Below, one piece after another: positions 1 to 14,186 of a stretch of DNA of 64,000 bases (positions are counted from its first letter, which is position 1; the number at the start of each line of letters is the position of its first letter). The position numbers were made by a program, and so were the translations under genes. This DNA comes from Dimorphilus gyrociliatus. Taxonomy: Eukaryota; Animalia; Annelida. The DNA is taken from positions 372,001-436,000 of the forward strand of contig CAJFCJ010000024.1 of assembly GCA_904063045.1 (NCBI GenBank), in the 5' to 3' direction. The notes under the pieces are model-generated. The model did no database searches and was not told the DNA's origin. It saw only the letters and a program-made list of their open reading frames with translations.

Positions 1-3000
1 GGTGGTAAAGGAATAGGTCTTATCGAACGTCCAGTTCGGACACGAGAAGATAAGACAAGATCATTATCTAATTGACCATTCGTTATTTTCGATGAATCCA
101 TATCAGTTGGGTGTTTTTTATCCTTTGTATAACCGTTATGACGATTCTCGATAATCGGATCCAGGAGATCCGCAAAGACTTCGTACGTTTCTTCGTCACC
201 TGCTACCGCTCCAACTGTAAATATAAAAGGATGACCTGGATTGTCAACACCAGTCTGAATGACGCCATCCAGATTAAATCCACTCTTAGTTTTGGCATCT
301 TTCAACTTTTCAAAAACTTCCTTTGTCAAGCATTTGGCCATCCAGTTGTTATGTTTGCTTAAATCTGGGAAATTGGATGCTTTAGGCTCGCACACTTTAA
401 ATTCTGTAGCAATAGCAGTATTCTCATCTTCAGCTTCGTTTCTATAATTTTCGGGTAATAAATCGTCAAAAGATTTCTTTGCTTCGAGTCTCTTTTCGAT
501 TTCAATCAATTTTCGAACACCATCCATTACTATTTGAACTTGCTGTACTTCGGATGTTCCAAGTCTATCCAAATTCGAAATATCAAAGGTACCATCTTTG
601 GCCTCTGTATCAACACCTCCAGTTCCTCTCTTTTGTAAACGGAGGGCCTTGAGAATTCCAGCGAATTTACTGTCTTTTGCCAATTTTGGCAATTTGACGT
701 GAACACCGGCTCTTAAACCTGTTCCAAGATTACTTGGGCAGGTTAATATGTAACCGAGATGCTCATTCCACATGAAGGAGTAGTTGCTTTTCTTGATGGA
801 GTCTTCGAAACTATTTAAACCGGCACAGAACCTTTCAAAAACTCCCCTCATGTTTCCTCCTTTTTCCATGGATATAATTCGAGTATGATCTTCTTCATTT
901 ACCCAAACAAGGAGATTCTTTGCATCGTTGTGGAAAATACCTCTTGCTTGGGGCCAATCTCTGGCCATTCCCGCGCATGTTAGCAATGGGGACACTGGTT
1001 TATCAAAGAGGAAATGATCCTCAATAAGTTTATTTTGTTCCTCTTCCGTCATGGTTTCCAATGAATAATATTTGCCAGCTAATTCACCCTGAAAAGAATT
1101 GCATGCCTCAACAACAAGAGTTTCAACCTTTTTCCTCTCTGCCCTGGTGCAAAACGGTGGTAACGCGATACCTTTTATCGATCTACCAGTACGGACTCTA
1201 GATGATAGCACATATTTTGAGTCTAATTCATCTCCTTCTAATTTAGTTGCATCTAGATCTGTTGTATGTTTCATATCCTTGGTATAGCCATTATGGCGTT
1301 TTTCAATGATAGGATCTAACAAATCAGCAAAAACCTCATAGGATTCTTCATCTCCAGCAACAGCTCCAACAGTCATGATGAAAGGATGACCTGGATTGTC
1401 GACACCTGTTTGTATAACTCCATCGATAGTAAAACCACTGCTAGTTTTCTTTTCCTTTAGCGAATCATAGATCTCAGGTGTGAGGCATTTTGCCATCCAG
1501 TTGTTGTGTTTTGAAAGATCTGGAAAATCTCCCGGTGGTCTTTCGACAATTGTTGGCCAGTGGTCGTCAATTGATTCACCTTTTTCCAAAGCCTTCTCAA
1601 TCTCAATTAGCGTCTCAACGCCATTGATAACTAATTGCACTAATTCGACTTCAGATTTACCAAGTCGATCAGCATTCGAAATATCAAAAGTTCCATCGGT
1701 AGAGGCAGTATCGACTCCCCCAGTTCCTCTCTTTTGAAGTCTGAGAAGTTTAAGTAATTCATCAAATTTGTTTTCTTTTGCTAAATGTGGTAATTTAACA
1801 TGCACACCAGCTCTTAAGCCGGTTCCGAGATTCGAAGGACAAGTAAGAATGAAGCCTAAGTGATCGTTCCACATAAACTCATGCCCCTGAGCCTTGATAG
1901 AAGCCTCAACCTTTTTTAATCCAGTACAAAATCTCTGAAAGACCTTTTTCATATTACCAGATGACTCCATGGAAATTACCCTGGATATAAAAAGGAAATT
2001 CGTTCAATAAAAACGTGATCTTTCGATCTGCGAAATACTTAGCAAACACTTGATATATGTGTACAGTAAATAGTCTACATTATTTATGCATATGTTTTTA
2101 GGTCTACACAGTATGTGTTGCAGTATGTACTGTATAAATAGAAACGTATATTGTATATATAAAAACTTTTCATCAATAGTAAGCTGTAAATATAAGCAGC
2201 TGCTTTTCTTTACCAAGCAATTATAGAATATATATACAGCGATGTTTGATTTTCTTATATTACTAAAAAAATCAAAGTAGGTTTATGTTATAATGTAACG
2301 ACACTTAAATTACTTTCTCCTTGCATTTTACAGACCTAGACCTGATCAATGAAGCTATTATTTTAAAAAAATAACCTTGAATGATCCTCTTCATTAACCC
2401 ATACTAGAAAGTTCTTTTGATCGTTATGAAATATTCCTCTGGCATCCGGCCAATCTCTTGCCATACCAGCACAAGTCAAAAGGGGTGAAACAGGTTTATC
2501 AAAGAGGAAATGATCTTCTATTAATTTATTTTGCTCTTGCTCCGTCATTGATTCCAACGAATAGTATTTCCCCTTAAACTCTCCATCCAATTTTCCTAAG
2601 GCTGTCGTTAAGATGTCTTTCACGTCTCTCCTTTCAGCTCGAGTACAGTGAGGAGGTAGAGAGTAGCCCCTGATCGAACGGCCAGTTCTAACTCTTGAAG
2701 AGAGAACATATTTTGGATCCAAATTATCACCGCCAACAATTTTCGATGCGTTAAGATCTGTTCGATGAATAGCATCCTTGGGATATCCTCCATGTCGACC
2801 AGAGACAACTGGGTCGAATAAGTCAGCAAATAATTCGTAGCTTTCTTCATCGCCAGCAACACAGCCTATGACATTAGACAAATTCCATTAATAATAAGCC
2901 TATAATGATTATAGTCAAATTAAATTTATCAACAGTAAATGAAATGTTAGTGCTCTCTGAATACTATGTAAAGAGAAGGTAAAGCGAAAATAGAAAGAAT

Positions 3001-5651
3001 TAATAGTTATACGAACCAACTGTATAAATAAAGGGATGACCCGGATTATCTACGCCTGTTTGTATCACTTTATCAATAGTGAATCCGGTTTTCGTCTTTT
3101 TATCAGCTAACAATTCCCATATTTCAGGAGTTAAGCATTTTGCCATCCAATTATTATGTTTTCTTAAATCCGGATAGTTAGGAACAATTGTGTGAGCCTT
3201 ATTCTTATCGACGACTCCCCTGATAAAGAAAGGATAATAAATTTTCGCCAAACATTATATAAAAATTTCAAGTGCCATAATAAGAAGAGTGTTAGTGCAT
3301 GTACAGGATTAACAGGTGGCGCTGTATGCGATTTTTTTTTTGGATTTGGCATGCCAATAGAGATAACTATTTTGTACTGGACAAATAATTCATAATAATT
3401 AAAACATATATTAATTACTAATTACGGCTGGCCTTTGGCCCACAGGAATGTTCATGCAAAATAAAAGTTACCTATCTTCCTCGCTATTTACCAGCCCGTC
3501 GTTAGCAGTGACCTCAACGATCTTTTGCTCATTCTGTTCCTTTTCAGAACTTTTTTCATCTGTCTGAGCATATCTTACATCGTCATTTCGGTCACTACCG
3601 CTAACAACGGGATCTGCAGTGATTGCGGCTCTAAAGAACGTTAGAAATTAGCAAAAAGTGTTCCATCTATTTCCAAACACGTGATTGGAATGCTGACTTA
3701 ATTAGAGATCTTAATCGCAAATGTATTTGTATAAAAGTATTTCACGTCACGTCAAACTATTTCCTTACTCTCTTCTACTTTTTTTTCAACGCTTGTTCAG
3801 AAAATGGCGTCAAAATTAAGTCACGTGTGATCGTGAAATACTCCAATCAAATTAATACTTTTGTGAAGTTTTCAAAGGAAATTGAAGGATGAGATTATCT
3901 GACTGCACCGATTAGGTATTATCTCATAGAAAATTGCATAAATATATTTGACGCCAGGATTTCCGCTTGGAAACTTTTTAGCTTCACTTTAATTAATCAA
4001 ATTACTTTATTAAGATAACAAGTCAATTACTAATCAGTAATAGGCCCATTATTAAAAAAATGTTTTCATTCGTTTCGTATGACTGCATTAGCGAAAAATA
4101 TCCAACCAATTTTGTTTGTCTTTCTGCATCAAGTGCATTGAATAGTGACGCCAATTGGGAAGCAATTAAAATGAACTCTTTTATGGTTATTTTTAAGATA
4201 ATCGATTATCGGTGCAGGAGAGATGGTTAGATTTATCAAAATTATAAAATTTGTAGTTTAACAAAAATGAATACAACAATATTGATCCTTTGAGGATTTT
4301 TTTTTATTATATATATACAGTTAATAGAAAAGAGATAAACGTAAGCAAACCTTTCTTCTCCTTCACTGTTGAACAAAGGGTGTTAGCAAGCAAGAGGGGG
4401 GTAGAAAAAAATATGTAGTCTACTAAACAGATACGTCAATGGTATAAAAAACACATGAGAATTGATAAGATAGAAGGCGAAAAATCGCCCTCCAGCGCAA
4501 CCACATCTGGAACGCAACCGGTCGAAATTTTGCGGTGTTAGTTTAAGGATATTATATTGTTAACAAACGAAACACAGTTGTCAAAATATTTAGTAATTTT
4601 CAAAACCTAAAGGACCGCAAGGTTTCCGTCCGCCGGCCCTTTTTTCTACGTTTTTTTTCTTATCCCACAACTACATTCTTACCCTTTCTCTCAAACCCCC
4701 TTTTCCGATTAAGACAGACGTTCCAGTAAAAATAGCCTAGACCGTGTGATGAATGATGGGGATGAAGTATGTAAAGCATTATACAGCAAGTTTTTTTTTG
4801 CAGCAGTTCGTCTTATCGATTTATATACAAGAGATCATTGAAAAGACCGATTTTTAGGCTATGGATTAGCCACTAAATAGCTCAGGCCACGTTTTTCTTT
4901 GTTAGAATTCATGTCTTTATACAAGGTCGCGAAATATCTTAACGAAACTAATGCAAAGCAATCATTAAAATTCAAAGCAAACTATAACTAGGATGGGGCG
5001 TTGCCCTCTTAGTCTAAATCTTCGAAGTCGGACTAACTGATATCACATGGATGCTGTTACAATTTAGAAGCTTCTCTTCAACTATATCGCTTTCAAAAAA
5101 AAAGAGTAATAAGAATAAATACTCACTTCCTTTTCTTTTTCTCGCCGGAACTTCCTCCGCCGCCGCCGCCGCCTCCTCCTCCAGCTAAGAATGAAAAGCA
5201 CGAGCACAATGGCATTAGTTCACCTTGTTAAGCCTAACTAATGACAAATGGTCTAGAATTCGCAAAATCTACAGTACAACTTCTACGAGGCACGTTGTAA
5301 GAGTATATATTTATAGAGTAAATTTGGGACGGGCGTTTGTGCAGACGTTTATCAATGTGAACATGGGCGTAAAAAGCGCCATCTGTCAGTAGGGCGAAAT
5401 TTACATCTTTCATTGATTTCTATGCCCCAATACGGTTATGGAGTTTAACGAAGCGCCTATGCAAATTAGCAGAACGTGTATTAATCGCTTGGAAGAAGGC
5501 AATTTATCGCTTTTGATCAATTGACGAATATTACGAGAATTCAAAGATAAACATCAAAGTTAACTTTTGAATACTTAATTTCATGTATAGCTGCTAAATA
5601 TTTAAATATTTTTTAAACAAACTTACCTTGAGTTGAATTCCCGCATCCCAT
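1..5651 (-). CDS. Flagellar-type creatine kinase with three contiguous phosphagen-kinase domains (3' end outside window)
   Basis: Exons 5651-5627 (MGCGNSTQ), 5184-5127 (A-G10-SSGEKKKRK), 3630-3472, 3219-3017, 2865-2376, 1980-<1, all GT-AG and in phase. Three repeats start with P(N/D)[16 protein letters not shown] and contain [10 protein letters not shown]. Domains 1 and 2 contain NEEDH and [10 protein letters not shown]. The long exon 1980-1 is open to the window edge and is missing from the ORF track. Confidence 0.95.
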
Positions 5652-6914
5652 TTTTTCCGAACCTCACTCTACTCCCAAATGCGACAGTTTGATGGTTGCT
5701 ATGCATAGCCGAGCATGCGCCTTTTTTAGTTGAAAAAACACGCCCTCTGTAGGAAGCATGGATCGCCTACTGTAGACCTGAATAACTTAATTACTTGGTT
5801 ACAAATTGAGAGTAAAAAGATCAAAGAAATATTCATGACTAGACCAGGAATAGGAACCACCCCAACCATGGGACATTTATTTATTTTTTTTCACAATATC
5901 TATATCTAGTCAAACATGTGTTTTTTACCGTTTAAGTAAACCTATTAAGTGAAATTTAATCTGTCTTAAATACAGATGATATTTGGCCAGCTTTCGTTAC
6001 TTTTAATAATATAGTTTGACAGATTTAAAGCATTTAAACTAACACTCGTTGAGATGACATTCGGAAAGAAACTAGGACATATCTCCTATAAAAATTATCA
6101 CGAAACAAAAGAATGTATCATCCTATAGGAATTTTCCCTAATACTGGTTGCAAAAACAAGAATAGGGAACACATTTTAGCCATCGAGTGCTTTATGCCGT
6201 GGGTGATTATATTCTAAAAAAAAATCCTTATAACACGTTTTCTGGTTTATTAATTCATGAAGTGGTAATAAATAAAAGGTTTAATTTTCATTGCTAATAC
6301 GACTATAGAATTCTCATCACAAGATCTCTGATAGTAGCTGCGATTTTCAACTTTTCTCCATTCTTCCATTTTTTGGTTAATATAAAAAAATTATCAGATA
6401 TAATCAATCTTCGCTATCTATTCCTATCATAATCTTAAGAATGCATAAAACTGACTTTTCTCTCTCTTTTTCTCTCTGTGACATTGAATTTCAATAATAT
6501 TATTTAAAGCAATAAAATGTCTAATGATTTATTCTTTTTTTTTTACGTTATGTGTTTAGTCGAAACAAAGCGCCATTGAGGCAGACATAATGGAATGTTC
6601 TCAAAAAATTTAAAATATATATCTTTTTTTTAAAAAAAAAACAGAATAACAAAATAACTATAAACCATTTTTTACTGCTCAATAGCATTTAAAATTACCT
6701 TTTTCTCTTTTTATAAGCTAAGAGTGATCTTTTTGTAGGTCACCTTCGTTTAATATATACAAATATATATACAAAGGCTTTAAGAAAAGTTTATATGTTT
6801 AAATTAACCACTCTATGTATATTCAGTAGTTCGGTTTGGCGGGCTTATTTACATTTCATTAGTTTAACATTTAAATAATCAATCTCGAATTTATATTTAT
6901 TTAATACTAAAATA

Positions 6915-7993
6915 ATGAAATTTCGAGCTATTTTAAATGATGTAACTTGTGTTCAGCATCTATCACGTAAGTATATTTTTTGGGCGTATTGAAAACAGTT
7001 GAGCGATAATAAAAGAAAATGATAAAAAGTCATGTTTTATTTATATTTTTTCCATAGATGTCTTATCAGCTCTTGTAAAATTATCCAACCCATGGACCTT
7101 GAAACTTTCACCTAATAAATTTTTCTTTATTCTTAATCAAAGAATTACCGATGGGGGTATGACTGTTTGGTGTGAACTAATACAAACTTCCTTTTTTAGC
7201 GAATATGCTATGGAAGGAGTCAATCATGAAGATGCTAACGAAATATTACTTGAGCTGCAATTAGAGCAGCTTGTGAATGTTTTAAAAACTTGTTTGAAAG
7301 GATGCCAATCTGTAAAATTAAAACTAACAAACGCCCATGGACCCTGTATGACTGTTATTAGCAGAAATTCGTTATCAGCTGAAGTTTGTAGTGAAAATCA
7401 CGTTCCGATTACGGTAATACCAAGGAAAGATTGGAAATATTTTCAAGAACCATCTAGTCCTGATATAGATGCATCTATTTATTTACCTAAAATGACCATC
7501 TTTAAAAACGTAGTTGATAGGATGCACAGTCTTCATGATAAAATCGTAAGATTTGTTATAGATTAGACACTACGAATATTATTATAACTGACAGGGCATC
7601 CACCTTCAGATCTTATCGGCCAACCATAATGGAGAATTAGAAGTTTGTGTCGATGCTGATTTAGTGACGGTTAAAACACACTTTAAGAATCTGGAGCATC
7701 CTCGATGGTCGGGAGATTCTCAAGAGAGCCAAACAAGAAACACTCAACAAAATAGAGAATTTCATAGCGTAACTGTTGATAGTAATAAACTTCTACTCTT
7801 TCTTCTCAGCGAGCAGCTATCGCCTGATAAAATAGCCTGCAGTTAGTAAGATATAAAATTAATACCTTCTTTATTAATGTCTAATTTACTACGATTTTTT
7901 CCCGCAGATATCAAACAGGACATGGTCGCCCATCTAATACTTTTGCACCGAGATTTGTCAATTCAGTATTTAATACCAGCCTGCTTTAATTGA
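6915..7993 (+). CDS. HUS1: Checkpoint clamp (9-1-1) subunit HUS1
   Basis: Exons 6915-6966 (MKFRAILND), 7058-7545, 7610-7841, 7908-7993 (ends IQYLIPACFN*). Motifs WCEL, FFSEYAMEGV, IPITVIPRK and DASIYLP match the HUS1 family. Confidence 0.95.
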
Positions 7994-10900
7994 CTATTTT
8001 CAATCATGACATTCAACTGAGAATAATCAAAAATGTATAAAAAAGATTATTCTTTCGCAATTTTAGATGTAATTTAAAAAAAAAAAAAGAAACAGTGACT
8101 TAATGAATTACAAATGTTTCCATAAATTTCTTATTTACACTATACAGCATATTGAAAAGAACATTAAACTCTCCTTTTCCTCTTAATAAAGACGTTTTCA
8201 TTTGTTTTTTTCTAGGTCAGATTACGAATGTTAAAAGGTTCCAATTCTCGTTCTAAGCCGAAGGTTTTATTGAGTCAGATTGCAATAAGGAGTAAAACTG
8301 ATAGCGTTAGTTTACGGCTAAAAGCATATTCATCGAAATATTTAGCATAACTTTGAGTAAATAGATTTTATAAAGGTCTACGCAAAATTTTAAGGAAACC
8401 GAGTAATATTTTTTAAAAAAAGGCAATAAAGTTATAAAGTTATAAAAGCATACTTGGAGAAAGACTCTATTGTTCAACTTTTATCATTAACTTATTCACT
8501 ATTACAAGTAAAAAGTTTAAATAGCGATAATATCTGAAAAACAATATTCATTCTCTTGTAATAAAATAGAATAACGAAGACATTCTTGAAATATTCTCTC
8601 CTTTTAAATGTTTTATATTATTTCTTATCACAATTACAAATAGGTCTTAAAAAATTTATTTATGCTTTGAAAATATAAACATGTGTTTGATAAGTTTTTT
8701 TGTTATTCATCTTAGGATGAGTTTATTTAAGAATTTTTTCTAATTTTATATAAATATTGCAAGTAAACTTTATATTTCCTTTCTAGTTTGAAATAACTTC
8801 ATTTTATACAATATTCCCTATGTATAATATGTTAAATTCAATTTTCAAGATACATATTTAATATTCAAGTCTTATAAGCGTGATTCAATTTGGGAAAGGG
8901 ACGTCGTTTTTTTTTTTGGGCTTTTTTCATTCGATTTTATTAGAAACTTTCCCTTTGAATTTCTTTTGAATACAATGTTCGGATTTATCACTGCCTGTAG
9001 ATAATCGCATTGTAAATGAATATATTCATTCCGCTCCAAAATTTCTCAATAAAAGCATAAAATCTTTAGATTTCTGGTTCACTAAATTGATAGTAAATAT
9101 CCCTAATTTATTCGTATTAGATAGATTCAACTCTATGTCGAGTCTTCTGAATTAATTTTACCCACTATAGTTATAATTTGTAAAAAAAAAGAAAAGAGAC
9201 TCTCTTCATCCTATATGCAGCTTCTCCGTCTTAACAAAAATATATATACATATATATATATATATTTTCTATTTTCGATTATAAAGGAACCGGAAATAGT
9301 CATGATATTATAAAGTTATATTATTCAATTGTTTTTACATTGTATCTAACACAGTAATAATCATTAATAACGAAAAAAGTAATATAGGTTTGTTTGTTTT
9401 TTTTTTCGAAAAAAAATCTAGATTAAAAATGTAAACTTTATAAAAAACTATAACAATTTAGCTTAATTATGTACCTTGACAACCATTCTAAATAGATCAA
9501 TTTTTGCTTTGTCTCGCTATTTATTATTATTTTAGCAACAGCCGTCATTTAAACTTGACAGTTTTATAAAAATATAAAAAATATTTATTTGCTAATTATA
9601 GAATGTCGTGTGAAAGAAGTTAACACTTAATAATTAGTTACCAAATTTATTGCATTAGCATTTAGATATTTAAATACAAATAAGTAAATATATAAATCTT
9701 CTTTATATTAAAAATAAACAATTAATAAGAAAGCGAAATGGACTCAGAGTTTCTTTGTTTAATTAGCCATTATAATTTTTACAGGTGAAATAAGTTTAGC
9801 AAAAACAAAGGTATCAGACAGATATTGTATTCTATTGATGGACATAAAAAGTTTTTTCTCTCTTTGTCTCTCTCTCTCTCTCTCTCTCTCTCATACACAT
9901 AGTACATATATACACATTTGCTTTCACTTTCTTATCACTATTATTGTTATGTATTCTCATGATATTTCATTAAAGAGATATCTGCAAATACTTTATTTAT
10001 AATCTTCTTACCAACTCCTTATATTAATTTATTCAAAAACTTTCATTCAGTACAAAAATTATTCAATCTACAATAAAAAATGTGCTATTTGTATATGAAT
10101 TAATTATTATTTAAGGTATTAAACTATTTTTTCATTACATGTTATTTATTTATCAATTCAGTGCATTATTAGTATCTTATTAAATATTTCCCCTTAAAAT
10201 TCCATTAGCTCTCTCGTTGCTCGAAGAACAACATTAGACTAAAGTGCTTCTGCTAAAACCTTAATTGAAGGAAATGTATACCATACATATATATCTTCAT
10301 TTCATAAAAAAAATCTCCATAAAGTTCATAATCATTTAACATTGTCAATTATTATCATTTCAAAAATAATTCTTATTGAAGATCATAATCTAAAAATAAC
10401 TACTTTAAGTTCCTGCTTACATAATTATGTAATTAGGTATAAACTTTTTTTATTGTTTTTGTTCCTTCTTTATCGATTAATTCCGCTTATTTAAAGAAAA
10501 TGATAACAATGATAATAATATTATAAATTGATTTCTTACAGACTTGTGAATGACAAGTAAATTAGTTCACGTGTCCCAAGAATTAAAGCTTGTTCATCTA
10601 TTCGATTTTCTATTTAAATTTTTTTAAGAACAATGTCACATAATCAGTGAGTATGAAAGATAAGAAGGAAGAGTGAGAAAAGAAGGTTTTTCTACCTAAA
10701 TACTATTTAGATTATCTTAGACAGATTGAGTTTCTCTTTCAGCTTCTATTTTGCAATTTTAATTGATTTTCATATTAAAAAGATTTTCCATTATAGTTTT
10801 TCCAGCTCTTCCTTTTTCCTTTCTTCCTGTTTTTTATAACCTGAAATGTATTGTTAATGGTGCCGGCAACCTTGCCACATCTTCAATTTGTACTCTTTTC

Positions 10901-11004
10901 TAAATGATATACTATGTTGAAGAAGAACCTCCTATAACTTTGTTTACATAAATCAGACTCAATTGGGTTCTTTGTCTTCGTTTTGCGAAAATAGAACAAA
11001 CCTC

Positions 11005-11008
11005 GCTC

Positions 11009-11070
<62 letters not shown>
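11005..11070. repeat. Compound microsatellite (TCTG)n(TC)n
   Basis: Directly visible tandem repeats. Confidence 0.95.
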
Positions 11071-11073
<3 letters not shown>

Positions 11074-11823
11074 TCTATTTTGCTTGGTGTGCTCTTATTT
11101 TTTTAAAAAGATTTTACACGTTTAGTTGCATTGGTAACGGTTAACAGGAGCTTGTCAGGTACATATTGTCACGTTTTGAGATTTTTTTGGAAAGAAAAAA
11201 CAAAAGATATAATATTCTGATCAAGTACATATCGTTTAGAGATAACCTAGTACTTAGACTATAACTCCTAAACACTTTTGTCAGATTTAGTCATCATGAT
11301 GACAATTTTAAGACCAGAGACTTAGTCATGTCTTAGTCATTAAAATTACTAAAGAACGCATATATGTTCATTTTCGAATTTTCCTTCAAGAAAATATTAA
11401 ATGTATGAAAATTAATATCTAGATTTGTGACGAAATTTTTTAACATTATCTATTTTGTAATGACAATTATTATTATTATATATTAAAATTGCCGCTAAAT
11501 AGGTAAAACACTCAAGAGTCAGCCATTTTGATTTACCGAATAACGGTCAGGAAAACCATCTCTAAACGTAAACAAAACGAACGTGGATTATTGGCTCGTT
11601 ACTTTACAATTAGGTCAGGCGGCATGAACAATAAATAAATAACAACAAAAACGTAATCGAAAGAGAAATATTCACTTAATGCAAAACTTTCGCCGCCAAA
11701 ATTTGATTTCTCTTTGTTCTGTTTGAAGCATTTCTAAGACATCTAAAGACCCCAAATTTGCGCACAGGTAAGAGTTGCAAAGGTCATCAGGTGTGACAGT
11801 ATAACGTTACTCTCTTCTTAGAA

Positions 11824-12732
11824 ATGATAAGTGATACGGATAGTGGATGTGCGGTTGAAGAGTATTCTTGGATTCCACCCGGATTAACGTCCTCACGAAT
11901 TCGACAGTATATGAATTCCCTTCCAGAAGATAAAATTCCCTACGTAAATAGTGTAGGAGAAAAATATCGAATCCGTCAACTACTCTTCCAACTTCCTCCT
12001 CACGACAACGCAGCAAGATATTGTCATTCTCTAAGCGCCTATGAAAAGAAGGAGCTCGACGAGTTCTGCGTTAAAAGAAAAAATGAATCTCTGGGCAGAG
12101 GTCGTTTACATGTTCAGGGGATACCAGCAAAGTGTTTCAAATGTTTAGACAATATAGCAAGGGGTCAGATAGCTGTGCTTTCTTCCAGAGCTGGTCCAAA
12201 TAGTTGTTGGCATCCTCGGTGTTTTACTTGTTCTACGTGCGGTGAACTTTTAGTTGATTTAATTTATTTTTGGAACGACGGTTTGTTTTGTGGAAGACAT
12301 CATGCTGAAAGTCTGAAACCTCGCTGTTCGGCATGTGATGAGATTATTTTTGAAGAAGAATGCATAGAAGCTGAGGGTAAAAGTTGGCATCTAAGACACT
12401 TTGCTTGTTCTGCTTGCGGAAAGAGTCTTGGAGGTGAGGAATACGCAACAAAGGACGAAGAACAATTTTGTAGTGCTTGTTATAGTGAAAAGTTTACTTG
12501 CGACGAAAAGAAGAGTGGAATTTTAAAAATATCTTCCTCACCAGACTTGACAAAACGATTGAAAAGCGTAAAATTCAATGTTCCTATTCAAAGCTATGAA
12601 TATTCACCAGCAAAGAATCTTGACGATTCGTCAATCTCTTCTAGTGATAGTGAATTTGAATATCAAACGTCAAAAAAACCAATCAAACCTCCTTATTTAC
12701 AAAAACCTAAAAATAACTGTATCATATCATAA
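11824..12732 (+). CDS. prickle: Prickle-family PET/LIM protein, 302 aa, single coding exon, C-terminal CAAX (CIIS)
   Basis: PET domain ([19 protein letters not shown]...[30 protein letters not shown]), two complete LIM domains, and a KNNCIIS* end typical of Prickle. An acceptor lies just before the ATG and a donor at about 11767, suggesting a 5'UTR exon. Confidence 0.9.
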   Translation: MISDTDSGCAVEEYSWIPPGLTSSRIRQYMNSLPEDKIPYVNSVGEKYRIRQLLFQLPPHDNAARYCHSLSAYEKKELDEFCVKRKNESLGRGRLHVQGIPAKCFKCLDNIARGQIAVLSSRAGPNSCWHPRCFTCSTCGELLVDLIYFWNDGLFCGRHHAESLKPRCSACDEIIFEEECIEAEGKSWHLRHFACSACGKSLGGEEYATKDEEQFCSACYSEKFTCDEKKSGILKISSSPDLTKRLKSVKFNVPIQSYEYSPAKNLDDSSISSSDSEFEYQTSKKPIKPPYLQKPKNNCIIS

Positions 12733-12941
12733 GAAAAGAACAATATTTTCGACGATTGTTAAAGACGTTAGTGATTAGAACTCAATCTAAGACGATTGGG
12801 CATAGTACAGTTCTGTATATTGTTTGTTATATTTTTTTTAAATGGTTTTATTTACAACAAAACAAATTAAAAGATTTTGAGAAAAATTTCTTTTCAAAAA
12901 TATTTTCTATTATTTTTTCTTATTTATATTATAAAGTTAAT

Positions 12942-14186
12942 TTAAAACCCAGGTATTATTCTTCCTTTCTTCTTAGCTTTATTTACCTTCTTCTTAATTC
13001 GTCCTTCTTTTCTCTTTTTTAGATTTTCGTTTCGTTTCTTTATTCTCTGATCTAACTTTTGCTTTTCAGCGTCCTTCCTCTTTTTCCATTCTTTACCACT
13101 CTTATCCTTCTTCTTCTCTTTACGCTTCAAGCTCTTTTTCAATAATTTTTCATCATCTTTAACCTTTACTCCTTTGGCTTTATCCATCACCTTCCTCCAT
13201 TTTTCTTTCTCCTCAACAGTTTTTGCTTTTACCGAATCTGTTTCTTTCAATTTTTGCAACTTTTGTTTATTTTTTTCCACTCTTTTCAATAGTTTCTTGT
13301 AGTCCTTATTGCCAGTACTTTTCTTCTTCTCAGCATCAGCCTTAGATGTAACAAAATCAAATTTTGAGAAGACTAGGTTGCCTTCTTTGTTAAAAATAGG
13401 TTTAGGTTTAATCTTTTCTAAAACCTCCTCCTTCTTTGAACGGATAACGCTTTCTTTCACAATAGTCTTCTTTTGCTTATTCTTTTTACCCTGTAAACGT
13501 TTAACTTTACGCTTTTCTTTAACACTTTCGCTTGTATTTCTCGATTCTATGCATAAAAGAAATAATGGTTAAATTTTGTCATTAAGCTGTCAATGATTTT
13601 AGATTGACATTACTTTCTAATTTCTCAATTTTATATTTTAATCTTTCTTGGAGTTTGTCCTGTTGACGTTGGTTGTCGTTTCCCGCCACTTTAAATTGCT
13701 TAAATATCTCAACTAATTCAGACTGTTTTGAATCAATCAAATTTTTCGTTAATTTTCGATCTGTTGGATAGAAAATAAATATTAAAATTATTTATGTTAA
13801 GCAATATAATAATTAAATTAGGTATTAAATTTACTTGAATTTTTTTCAGGAGCACTTAGGCAGTTTTTAACTGCAATAACTTGGTCATGTGAAAAACTTA
13901 TATTTGAAGGCAAAATTTTTCTAAAGTAGTCTTTATAGAGAGCAGTTTTTTGTTTCTCACTCATTTCTCCATAGTTAAAATTTTTAGGTAAGAAATTTAG
14001 TGCAGCTTGCTCTCCTTTATACCACGATATATGAGCTGCTTTCTTATTCCTTTCATCGTAGTAATTAAAAACATTTTTAATTCCTGACGATAGTTCTTCT
14101 ACATTTTCTGAGCTCTTTTTCTTTTTCTTATGCATTCCATTTTTCTTTGGTGATTCTTGTTCTGCTGAACGTTTGCGTTCTTTCAT
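12942..14186 (-). CDS. SURF6: Nucleolar protein SURF6
   Basis: Exons 14186-13835, 13760-13614, 13546-12942 join in phase (about 367 aa). Lys/Arg-rich, with NLVFSKFDF, KVKDDEKLLKKSLKRKEKKK and terminal KKKGRIIPGF. Confidence 0.9.

Noticed and set aside
111-3395. Plus-strand and off-frame ORFs over the creatine kinase
   Set aside because: These are antisense or alternative-frame shadows of a conserved coding sequence.
8000-11700. Hidden gene in the long AT-rich interval before Prickle
   Set aside because: Only short frames (40 aa or less) with inconsistent splice phases were found. It is more likely regulatory DNA and 5'UTR exons.
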